From NCBI RefSeq assembly GCF_002156875.1, contig NZ_NCSY01000009.1, forward strand, positions 135,665 through 159,664: 24,000 nt of DNA. The letters run 5' to 3'. The translations under genes and the position numbers were made by a program. The notes under the pieces were generated by a model that did not search any database, was not told where the DNA came from, and was given only the letters and a program-made list of their open reading frames with translations. Positions 1 through 6,664 of the stretch are shown in pieces; position 1 is the first letter of the stretch, and each line of letters opens with the position of its first letter. The DNA is from Bacillus sp. EAC. GTDB lineage: Bacteria; Bacillota; Bacilli; Bacillales; Bacillaceae_G.

Positions 1-511
1 TAATGTCATTTACAATATCAGGTTTTCCTAATACTTCAAAACGTTCCTTTGTAATCGCAATGCACCATACGATTGGACGCTCATTCGAATCCATTCGACG
101 AACAGTTTCAATCGCAGCTCTAGCAGTAGCATCATGATCAGGATGTACGCCATGTTCGGGATAAAAAGTAATTACAAGTGTAGGTTGAACCTCATCGATT
201 ACTTCTTTTATCGCTCCAATCACTACTTCTGGATCTTCAAATTCTATCGTTTTATCATGAAATCCTAGCATTCTTAAATCTTGAATACCCATTTCTCTAC
301 AAGCATCTATTAATTCATTTTTTCTAATAGTTGGAAGGGACTCTCTTGTAGCAAAAAATGGATTTCCCATATTCCGTCCCATTTCTCCAAGTGTTAAACA
401 TGCGTATGTAACAGGAATTCCTTTGTTCGTAAACTGTGATACTGTTCCAGCAGCTCCAAATGCTTCATCATCTGGGTGAGGGAACACTAGCAATACTTTT
501 TCTTGTTTCAT
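1..511 (-). CDS. bshB2: Bacillithiol biosynthesis deacetylase BshB2 (LmbE/PIG-L family); N-terminal ~170 aa, 3' end lies beyond window start
   Basis: Open frame from ATG (511-509) running off position 1. Translation is MKQEKVLLVFPHPDDEAFGAAG...YPEHGVHPDHDA, with PIG-L/LmbE-type PHPDDE and HPDHD motifs. GGAG RBS ~8 nt upstream. Adjacent to yojF as in B. subtilis yojF-yojG. Confidence 0.8.
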   Translation of the reverse strand, partial: MKQEKVLLVFPHPDDEAFGAAGTVSQFTNKGIPVTYACLTLGEMGRNMGNPFFATRESLPTIRKNELIDACREMGIQDLRMLGFHDKTIEFEDPEVVIGAIKEVIDEVQPTLVITFYPEHGVHPDHDATARAAIETVRRMDSNERPIVWCIAITKERFEVLGKPDIVNDI

Positions 512-527
512 TTTTCGTGCTCCTCTC

Positions 528-872
528 TTAAAATGGCGTGTGGCTTAATTGAATTGCGATTGCAAGTTTGCCTTCTTCATTATGTCCTGCTAATAGGAGA
601 CGGTTGTGGTCATCGACTTGAAAATCTGTTAAACCTTCTGCTACTACCCAGCCTTCTTCGAGCTTTAGGCCAATTCTGTAAGGATTTTTTCCAGTAATTG
701 TCGCTCGACTTATATTAACTTTAGTATTTCGAATAAATGCATTTACCGTCATCACTTTATCATTAAAATGATTAGCATATGCACCATTTGTTGTTTCTAA
801 ATGTAAGTATACAGTTTGATTTATGAAATTTTGAAGTGCTTCTTCTACAGCACTGATTTGTAATGTTTGCAT
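528..872 (-). CDS. yojF: YojF-like protein (DUF1806 family)
   Basis: 114-aa ORF with AGGAGG RBS (rc of 879-884). Stop overlaps the bshB2 RBS, giving operon synteny with bshB2. Family name recalled from memory. Confidence 0.7.
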   Translation of the reverse strand: MQTLQISAVEEALQNFINQTVYLHLETTNGAYANHFNDKVMTVNAFIRNTKVNISRATITGKNPYRIGLKLEEGWVVAEGLTDFQVDDHNRLLLAGHNEEGKLAIAIQLSHTPF

Positions 873-974
873 TTAATCTACCTCCTATAAAGAGTATTAT
901 AATCCAACTTTCCCTAAAATGGTAATTTGATGGTTTTAGATTTTGGTTGTTAAACTTTGTTGCTATTAAACATG

Positions 975-1030
975 GAGATTTGAGGATTTCCACTCCAGGA
1001 TGCTCTAGTTTTCTGTGGCGTCTAGATAAG
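975..1030 (-). repeat. Partial copy, inverted orientation, of the GC-rich extragenic element seen at 17810-17925
   Basis: 985-1005 is the exact reverse complement of the 21-mer GAGCATCCTGGAGTGGAAATC at 17896-17916. Flanks are partly similar (GCCACAGAAA vs CCCACGGAAA). Confidence 0.6.
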
Positions 1031-1045
1031 TGTTAAGTTTTTTAA

Positions 1046-1082
1046 ACATAAAAAGATCCCTATCTAATTGGGTGATAGGGAT
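1046..1082 (-). terminator. Rho-independent terminator, minus strand
   Basis: Minus strand reads AUCCCUAUC-ACCCAAUUA-GAUAGGGAU followed by CUUUUUAUGUUU. On the plus strand no T-run follows the stem. Confidence 0.6.
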
Positions 1083-1141
1083 TGGGGGGATGTGTATAAC
1101 ATGATTACTAAAATTTAACTGTTTAAATTTTCAGTTAATTT
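1046..1141 (-). ncRNA. Candidate ~95-nt small RNA, or a terminated leader upstream of yojF-bshB2, with a C-rich single-stranded tract
   Basis: Bounded by the promoter-like TTGACG-17-TATATT (1176-1148) and an intrinsic terminator (1082-1046). No RBS-preceded ORF. Predicted RNA has an AU hairpin AAAUUUAA-ACAG-UUAAAUUU, then UCCCCCCA, then the terminator. Confidence 0.3.
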
Positions 1142-1147
1142 ATACTT

Positions 1148-1176
1148 AATATACATGATATAAAAATGTTCGTCAA
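1148..1176 (-). promoter_or_regulatory. Putative sigma-A promoter (TTGACG - 17 nt - TATATT) on the minus strand
   Basis: rc of 1171-1176 = TTGACG and rc of 1148-1153 = TATATT, with an exact 17-nt spacer. Confidence 0.4.
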
Positions 1177-1397
1177 TAGATTTATTGAAAATTTTTAAAA
1201 TATTCAAAAAATAACAAAAAACTTTATAATTTATTTCGTTTAGCCGATAAAATGAATGTATAAAACTCGACAAAATAATGTCATATTAGTGATAAATAGT
1301 CATTTTTTTACTTATTTTACCTTTTTTCTCTTTTCTAATAGATGATAAATTGATACACTAGAGTGGAATAATATTTTTGAAAGTGAGGTAGTTATAC

Positions 1398-1790
1398 GTG
1401 AAGGCAGAAGCACGAAATTTATATAGTCCACATAGAGAAGTAGTAAACAAGCCTTCTCGTAATCAATTTCCGCAGTCTCAAAAAAGAAAATCGATTCGAT
1501 ATCATAGGCTAATTTTGGCAGTCTTATATGTATCTTTATTTGTTGTAGCTGGCGTTTATTTGTTTAGTCAGAATCAAATTGTTTCGGCAAAGCAAAGTGA
1601 ATTGCATAATTTACAGAAACAACAAACAAAGTTAACGAAAGCTGAGAGTGGGCTTACTAGACAAATTAAATTGCTAAATGATCCAGACTTTATAGCAAAC
1701 TATGCTCGGGATGAATATATGTTCTCTAAAAAAGGGGAAACAATTATCATCGTACCGAAATCTAAGGAAGATCTTCAATCGAAAAACTAA
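1398..1790 (+). CDS. Septum formation initiator family protein (DivIC/FtsB-like), bitopic membrane protein
   Basis: GTG start with GAGG RBS. Basic N-terminus, one TM (LILAVLYVSLFVVAGVYLF), coiled-coil (LHNLQKQQTKLTKAESGL), and a C-terminal LNDPDFIANYARDEYMFSKKGETIII typical of DivIC/FtsB. Genomic context differs from the canonical Bacillus yabQ-divIC locus, so it may be a paralogue. Confidence 0.75.
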   Translation: MKAEARNLYSPHREVVNKPSRNQFPQSQKRKSIRYHRLILAVLYVSLFVVAGVYLFSQNQIVSAKQSELHNLQKQQTKLTKAESGLTRQIKLLNDPDFIANYARDEYMFSKKGETIIIVPKSKEDLQSKN

Positions 1791-1801
1791 ATAGATGTTC
1801 A

Positions 1802-1840
1802 GAAAAGATTCTCATTATTGTGGGAATCTTTTTCTATATC
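1802..1840. terminator. Weak, nearly symmetric terminator hairpin after the divIC-like gene
   Basis: GAAAAGATTC (1802-1811) pairs with GAATCTTTTT (1824-1833). A T-run follows on the + strand and TTTTCT on the - strand. Confidence 0.5.
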
Positions 1841-1843
1841 TTT

Positions 1844-1872
1844 ATTATAGAACAATCGTTCTGTTGTTGCAA
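1844..1872 (-). promoter_or_regulatory. Near-consensus sigma-A promoter (TTGCAA - 17 nt - TATAAT) with a perfect LexA/Cheo box in the spacer; points antisense to the divIC-like gene
   Basis: rc of 1867-1872 = TTGCAA and rc of 1844-1849 = TATAAT. Spacer 1850-1866 contains GAACAATCGTTC (1850-1861), which fits GAAC-N4-GTTC. Confidence 0.5.
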
Positions 1873-1882
1873 CTATAAAATA

Positions 1883-1894
1883 GAACGTATGGAC
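1883..1894. promoter_or_regulatory. Second, imperfect LexA-type box (GAACGTATGGAC)
   Basis: Left half and spacer are identical to the polY2 operator. The 13-mer AAATAGAACGTAT occurs at 1878-1890 and at 5174-5186. The right half has two mismatches to GTTC. Confidence 0.3.
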
Positions 1895-2068
1895 TTAAAT
1901 TTTATAATAGAATCGAATAGGGTGCAATTTTAAAAAGATTCTTGATAAAGGAATATGTTTTTATCATTTAATTGGAAATTTTTTCTATATTGTAGTCTTT
2001 TTGCCGATATTTGATACTAATATCCTATGATTTCTACAAAATTTTTACTATTCTGAAAAATATATCTT

Positions 2069-2077
2069 TGATATAAT
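2069..2077 (+). promoter_or_regulatory. Extended -10 promoter element (TGaTATAAT) for the 2107 ORF
   Basis: TG at 2069-2070, TATAAT at 2072-2077, ~30 nt upstream of the ATG at 2107. No LexA box nearby. Confidence 0.45.
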
Positions 2078-2106
2078 TTATTTAAGCTAATATGAGGAGG
2101 ATTAAC

Positions 2107-2427
2107 ATGTTGAAGAAGATCATTTATGTATTTGCTATTTTAATTGTACAACTTATATTGACGTTCCTTGTTAGTGTTCTTTCGGATTCATCGGCTAGTA
2201 ATACTGCAATAATTATTGGATTCGCAACAACAATTATCCTTTATTGGAAAAGCGCAAAAAAACAAACTTACACGCCTTTCCAGCAATATCAATGGTTACG
2301 TGCGGCTGGATTAGAATTAAATGAGTTACATAAAGATTTTCAAAGAAGTACTGCGATTAAGGCATCTTTAATTTATAGTTTCTCAGGTTTAGTAGTCACT
2401 TTATATTCATCACATATTTTAATTTAG
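2107..2427 (+). CDS. Hypothetical small membrane protein (106 aa, about three TM segments)
   Basis: ATG at 2107 lies 6 nt after a GAGGAGG RBS (2094-2100), so I prefer it to the track start at 2092. Hydrophobic segments are IIYVFAILIVQLILTFLVSVL, AIIIGFATTIILYW and ASLIYSFSGLVVTLY. No family recognised. Confidence 0.6.
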   Translation: MLKKIIYVFAILIVQLILTFLVSVLSDSSASNTAIIIGFATTIILYWKSAKKQTYTPFQQYQWLRAAGLELNELHKDFQRSTAIKASLIYSFSGLVVTLYSSHILI

Positions 2428-2433
2428 TTTGTA

Positions 2434-2476
2434 ATAAAAAAATGGACAAGCACTTCATGTGCTGTCCATTTTTTTT
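2434..2476. terminator. Bidirectional terminator between the convergent 2107 ORF and tatC
   Basis: AAAAAAATGGACAAGCAC-TTCA-TGTGCTGTCCATTTTTTTT: a GC-containing stem flanked by an A-run and a T-run. Confidence 0.8.
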
Positions 2477-3215
2477 ATGATTCGTCATTTTCAGTGTCTT
2501 GTTGTAGGCGTTTTATTCTTCTTCTATATGCAATTGATGATACAAGAATACTACATTCGTATATAACTAATAATGGTAAACTTGTCATCATATCAGACAC
2601 AAAATCAGGTGGTGAGATTGCAGTTCCGATAATAATTAATACAAAATAAGCAAACCGGCGAAATTTTCGTAAAAACGCTGGTGTTACAATTCCAATACTT
2701 GTTAAAAATAAGATGATAACAGGTAAATCAAAGAAAAACGCGAACGGAACTACTAAGTTAAATAAAAAGCTAAAATAGCGTTCAGCAGTAAATGTAACTG
2801 TGACTAATTCTTCTCCAATATCCTTTAAAAATTTTAATACGTTTGGAAAAATAAAATAATAACCAAAAGCCAAACCGCAAATAAATAAAATAAATAAAGC
2901 AGGGATATAGAGCATAGTCGTTTTACGTTCTTTTATATGTAAGGCTGGTCTTACAAACGCCCACAATTGGTAGGCAATTACAGGAATACTGCAGGCAATT
3001 GCAAACACTCCACCAATCATAAAATAAATCCAAAGAACATCACTTGGCCCAAGTGCTAAAAGTTTTTGATCTAAACCTTGTACAAGAAAATGAAAAATAT
3101 CTTTTGTAAAATATAAACCTATTCCTAAAAATATGACGAATGCAGCAATTACTTTTATTATTCGATTTCGAAGCTCATCTAAATGATCAATGACACTCAT
3201 TTCTTTTTCTTGCAT
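2475..3215 (-). CDS. tatC: Twin-arginine translocase subunit TatC
   Basis: Six-TM protein beginning MQEKEMSVIDHLDELRNRIIKV..., a typical TatC N-terminus. ATG at 3215 with GGGGG RBS 5 nt upstream is preferred over the TTG at 3227. Confidence 0.9.
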   Translation of the reverse strand: MQEKEMSVIDHLDELRNRIIKVIAAFVIFLGIGLYFTKDIFHFLVQGLDQKLLALGPSDVLWIYFMIGGVFAIACSIPVIAYQLWAFVRPALHIKERKTTMLYIPALFILFICGLAFGYYFIFPNVLKFLKDIGEELVTVTFTAERYFSFLFNLVVPFAFFFDLPVIILFLTSIGIVTPAFLRKFRRFAYFVLIIIGTAISPPDFVSDMMTSLPLLVIYECSILVSSIAYRRRIKRLQQDTENDES

Positions 3216-3423
3216 ATTTTCCCCCAACGCAAACTATGAAAGTATTTTATTATAATATATAGAGTTTCCTTCATTTTGTCAGAAAAAAGAACAATCGTCA
3301 ATGAATATAAGGGACTTTCAGAATTCTTTCATGTCTATCTTTTTCTAACATATTAATAGGCTTTCTATCTTTGTCCGACTATAATAATAAGTACGAGTAT
3401 TTAAGATAAGGTAGGTAAGTGTT

Positions 3424-4026
3424 TTGGATGGAAAAAGTCATGTAATTGTAGGATTATTCGCAACAGGTGTCACTATGTACGCAACACACAATGATTCAAT
3501 GACCGTTCCACTGATTGTTGGTGCAATTAGTAGTCTCGCTCCGGATTTAGATCATCATAACGGTTCATTAACTAAAAAGATTTCGACCCCATTACAAATT
3601 CTGTTTAGTTTATTATTTTTAGCCGTTTCATTATTTGTCTTGATAAAAACGGGCAAGTTTATTTTTGCTGGTTCCTGGATTTATGGTGTAGGGTTATTCG
3701 TTTTATTTATTATATGCGTGAGTTGGTTAAGGCATATGAAAACGATACTTATGTTGACCGGTTTATTGATTTCGTTTATTGGTTGGTTTGCTTTTCATGA
3801 TAAATGGTCAATCATTGCTGTAGGTTTATTTATTGCCATTTCTTCAAGATTAAAACATCGCGGACCGACACATTCTCTTTACTTTTTAGCAATATGGAGT
3901 GGGATTTGCTTTTTAATTCAAAAGGATTTATTAATTAATGGTTTATGGTTGGCAGGAACAGTTGGTTATTTTTCGCATCTTTTAGCGGATCAATTGTTTA
4001 CTAAACAGCGTATCAAATGGTTATAG
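3424..4026 (+). CDS. YdjM-family membrane-bound metal-dependent hydrolase (DUF457)
   Basis: TTG start after AGGTAGGTAAG. Polytopic protein with SHVIVG, APDLDHH, HRGPTHS and GYFSHLLADQ motifs characteristic of the YdjM family. Confidence 0.7.
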   Translation: MDGKSHVIVGLFATGVTMYATHNDSMTVPLIVGAISSLAPDLDHHNGSLTKKISTPLQILFSLLFLAVSLFVLIKTGKFIFAGSWIYGVGLFVLFIICVSWLRHMKTILMLTGLLISFIGWFAFHDKWSIIAVGLFIAISSRLKHRGPTHSLYFLAIWSGICFLIQKDLLINGLWLAGTVGYFSHLLADQLFTKQRIKWL

Positions 4027-4103
4027 ACCCTTTTTTTGTCACATGATTTTTGTGAATTCATCCATACTATGAAGGATGTTTAATAAAGAAAGAAGGGTCA
4101 GAT

Positions 4104-4529
4104 TTGAAAAAAATAAATGTCTTGTTCGCTGCTTGCATTATGGTACTCGCTTTTTCATTTTCAATTCCGGTTTCTGCAAATAGTTACTCAAGTCAACAGG
4201 TTCTGAAAAGTCCTTCAAAAGCGGTCTTAAGTAGTAAGCAATCATCGATGAAATTTGCACTAAGAAGATCTTATCGCTCCAATCGAAGTTATCGTCCTTC
4301 TGCACCTAGATCAAGTTACCGTTCTTCCAGAAATACCAGCAGGAATTTTCTAGGTTATGCAGGGGCATTTGGTATTGGTTCTTTATTTGGGTCAATGCTA
4401 CATCCGTTTGGTGGTTACTTTGGCGGGCAACAATTTGGCTTTTCATTTTTTAGTCTATTAATCGATATACTTTTAATTATCGTTATTATTTGGTTTATCA
4501 AGAAAATTTTTCGTAGAAGTGGTAGGTAG
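4104..4529 (+). CDS. Hypothetical secreted, C-terminally anchored protein with a Ser/Tyr/Arg-rich repeat region and a Gly/Phe-rich segment
   Basis: TTG start 6 nt after GAAGGG. Signal peptide MKKINVLFAACIMVLAFSFSIPVSA. Low-complexity RRSYRSNRSYRPSAPRSSYRSSRNTSR, then GGYFGGQQFGFSFF, a TM segment LLIDILLIIVIIWFI, and a basic tail. Confidence 0.6.
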   Translation: MKKINVLFAACIMVLAFSFSIPVSANSYSSQQVLKSPSKAVLSSKQSSMKFALRRSYRSNRSYRPSAPRSSYRSSRNTSRNFLGYAGAFGIGSLFGSMLHPFGGYFGGQQFGFSFFSLLIDILLIIVIIWFIKKIFRRSGR

Positions 4530-4558
4530 GATTGGTTATTATCCATTGGGGGTAGCTG

Positions 4559-4858
4559 ATGAGAATTTATTTTGATGAGCAAGATGTTGCAAATGCAATT
4601 TGTGTATTTGTAGCTGATTTGGAAAGAATACGCCCTGAGGATGTACAAATTGAGTTTCAATTTAATGAAGGTGAAGGAGTAAACTGTCTCGTAAAAGCGA
4701 ATCATCTAGACTCTCATTATGGAGAACAACAAATATCGGATGCCATCGGTTTTTATTTAGATGAGATTCATCGTTTTTCCTCCCATGCAATGGACATAGT
4801 AATTGGATTTGATGAAGACGATGGCATTACAAGTGAAGTAACAATTACATATTCTTAA
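4559..4858 (+). CDS. YxcD-like small protein (DUF2653-like; name recalled, tentative)
   Basis: ATG 6 nt after GGGGG. The 99-aa acidic protein begins MRIYFDEQDVANAICVFVADLERIRPEDV. Followed by a strong terminator. Confidence 0.6.
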   Translation: MRIYFDEQDVANAICVFVADLERIRPEDVQIEFQFNEGEGVNCLVKANHLDSHYGEQQISDAIGFYLDEIHRFSSHAMDIVIGFDEDDGITSEVTITYS

Positions 4859-4899
4859 AACCCGAGAGTGAACAGTAATGTTCGTTCTCGGGTTTTTTA
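4857..4899. terminator. Bidirectional terminator between convergent genes
   Basis: AAAACCCGAGA...TCTCGGGTTTTTT (stem 4861-4867 / 4886-4892). Confidence 0.8.
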
Positions 4900-4906
4900 T
4901 TTTAGT

Positions 4907-5101
4907 TTAAGCATAATTCGTTACATATTCGTAAACAATATCTTGTACTAATTCATGTAGCGAACGTTCGTTTTTTTCTTGTTCGGTTATGATTTGATTG
5001 TACAGTTCATTTAACATCTCAACTGTAATCCATTGTTCGTGTTCGCCCCCATATTGTGTTAATGCCTTTTTGATCATCTGTTTCACAAACTGTCCATCCA
5101 C
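4907..5101 (-). CDS. Small cytosolic protein, possibly YqzH-like (tentative)
   Basis: GTG start with GGGAGG RBS. The 64-aa helical protein ends LHELVQDIVYEYVTNYA. Divergent from polY2. Family assignment is from memory only. Confidence 0.5.
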   Translation of the reverse strand: MDGQFVKQMIKKALTQYGGEHEQWITVEMLNELYNQIITEQEKNERSLHELVQDIVYEYVTNYA

Positions 5102-5170
5102 TATGTATTTCCTCCCTTAAGTTACTTTAAGTATATCCAAAATTTTAAATGGTTCCTAGAGAAAAATTTA

Positions 5171-5230
5171 TTGAAATAGAACGTATATTCGTTTAATATA
5201 TGTTTATAATAAAAATAAGAACATGAGTTC
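5171..5230 (+). promoter_or_regulatory. SOS-type promoter of polY2 with two LexA (Cheo) boxes
   Basis: TTGAAA (5171-5176) - 17 nt - TAATAT (5194-5199). Box A GAACGTATATTC (5179-5190) lies in the spacer with one mismatch. Box B GAACATGAGTTC (5219-5230) is perfect and lies downstream of a second TATAAT (5205-5210). Confidence 0.7.
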
Positions 5231-5262
5231 TGCTATTATTTGGAAGAATTGGAGTGGTATGC

Positions 5263-6525
5263 ATGAGCATTTGTTATGAAGAGTTACCACATCATCGTAT
5301 ATTATGCATCGATATGAAGAGCTTTTATGCAAGTTGTTCTGCCGTTATGCTCGAATTGGATCCTTTAGCATGTTATTTAGCAGTTGTTGGTGACGTAGAG
5401 AGGGAGGGAAGCATTGTACTTGCAGCTTCTCCACGATTAAAAAAGGAGTTTGGAATAAAAACAGGTTCGCGGGTTTTTGAAATTCCAAAGGATCCTCGTA
5501 TTAAAATTGTGAATCCTACAATGTCAAAGTATTTGGAGGTTTCAACTAATATCGTAAAGTTACTAAATGAATATGTACCTTTAGAGGATTTGCATGTATA
5601 TAGTGTCGATGAATGTTTTTTAAAAGTTGATGGCGTAAAGAAATTATGGGGAGATGCATGGGAAATTGCTGAAAAAATTCAAGCAGAAATTACAGCTCGT
5701 TTTAATTTACCATGCTCGATTGGTATAGGTCCTAATATGCTTTTGTCAAAGCTATGTCTAGACCTAGAAGGGAAAAAAGATGGGATAGCGGAGTGGACAT
5801 ACGACGACGTAAAAGAAAAGCTTTGGAAAGTCAGCCCTCTAAGTGAAATGTGGGGAATCGGTAAGAGAACTGAACGTTCTCTAAATTCAATGGGAATTTT
5901 TACGGTAGGCCAACTAGCGAACTATCCTCTCCATTTGCTTGAAAAGAAATTCGGTGTGATGGGGAATCAACTGTATCATCATGCATGGGGAGTTGATCTC
6001 TCTGAATTAGGTGCACCGATTATGAGCGGACAAATTAGCTTTGGGAAAAGCCAGATATTAATGAGAGATTATACGAAAGTAGAAGAAGTTAAATTTGTTA
6101 TTCGTGAAATGTGTGAAGAGGTTGCACGTCGCACTCGAAATGCCAAAAAAGCGGGAAGAACGATTACATTAGGAATCGGCTATAGCCGTGAAGAGTTTGG
6201 CGGAGGATTCTCTCATGCTTTCACGATGGATGAGCCGACGAATATCACATCAGATTTGTATGAAGTATGTAACAAGCTTTTTGATCAATATTACGAGGGT
6301 AAAACAGTTCGGCAAATCTTTATTACCCTTTCCAACATCGTAAGTGATGAACTGATGCAATTAAATTTATTTGATCAGAAGAAGCCTCAAAAAAGAAAGT
6401 TAGGCTATATCATGGATGCAGTGCGAAAAAAATATGGATCGAATTCACTTCTATGGGCAGTTTCCTATACGGAAGGTGGAACAGCCCTTGCTCGGAGTAA
6501 GCTAGTAGGCGGACATAAAGGGTAA
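5263..6525 (+). CDS. polY2: Y-family translesion DNA polymerase (PolY2/YqjW/UvrX, UmuC-like)
   Basis: ATG 8 nt after GGAG. N-terminus ILCIDMKSFYASCSAV...VVGDVEREGSIVLAASPRLKKEFGIKTGSR...YSVDECFL matches the catalytic core of UmuC/UvrX-type polymerases. Followed by a YolD-like gene. Confidence 0.9.
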   Translation: MSICYEELPHHRILCIDMKSFYASCSAVMLELDPLACYLAVVGDVEREGSIVLAASPRLKKEFGIKTGSRVFEIPKDPRIKIVNPTMSKYLEVSTNIVKLLNEYVPLEDLHVYSVDECFLKVDGVKKLWGDAWEIAEKIQAEITARFNLPCSIGIGPNMLLSKLCLDLEGKKDGIAEWTYDDVKEKLWKVSPLSEMWGIGKRTERSLNSMGIFTVGQLANYPLHLLEKKFGVMGNQLYHHAWGVDLSELGAPIMSGQISFGKSQILMRDYTKVEEVKFVIREMCEEVARRTRNAKKAGRTITLGIGYSREEFGGGFSHAFTMDEPTNITSDLYEVCNKLFDQYYEGKTVRQIFITLSNIVSDELMQLNLFDQKKPQKRKLGYIMDAVRKKYGSNSLLWAVSYTEGGTALARSKLVGGHKG

Positions 6526-6539
6526 TTCGAAATGTAGAA

Positions 6540-6664
6540 AAAGGTTGGTTTTTAACCTTTAATGGACTTTAGCTTATGACCTCGAGGGGCAAGGCGCTGG
6601 AACTAGACAGTGCGAAATGTGGAAGCGTCTCGCTAACCCCGACAAGCATAAGAAAAAGAACAAT
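6540..6664. repeat. GC-rich structured extragenic element, short copy (unit 1 of a tandem pair)
   Basis: 6540-6634 is identical over 95 nt to 6665-6759. The tail AAGCATAAGAAAAAGAACAATAA (6644-6666) recurs at 6832-6854. Termini form an imperfect inverted repeat (CTTATGACCTCGAGGGG ... CCCCGACAAGCATAAG). Confidence 0.85.

Noticed and set aside
1901-1927. Second minus-strand promoter-like pair, TTGCAC ... TATAAA, upstream of the imperfect LexA box
   Set aside because: The spacer is only 15 nt (or less with alternative -10 choices). It is much weaker than the TTGCAA-17-TATAAT promoter at 1844-1872.
1955-2014. 19-codon hydrophobic mini-ORF (MFLSFNWKFFLYCSLFADI) downstream of the LexA boxes, possibly an SOS-induced type I toxin
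   Set aside because: The only SD-like element (AAGGA) ends 2 nt before the ATG, which is too close. There is no evident antitoxin RNA structure, and such an ORF is a chance expectation in AT-rich DNA. It would only be worth revisiting if ribosome profiling shows occupancy.
4868-4884. GAACAGTAATGTTC, a LexA-box look-alike just upstream of the SOS-regulated polY2 region
   Set aside because: The half-site spacing is N6, not N4. The sequence forms the inner part of the terminator hairpin 4861-4892.
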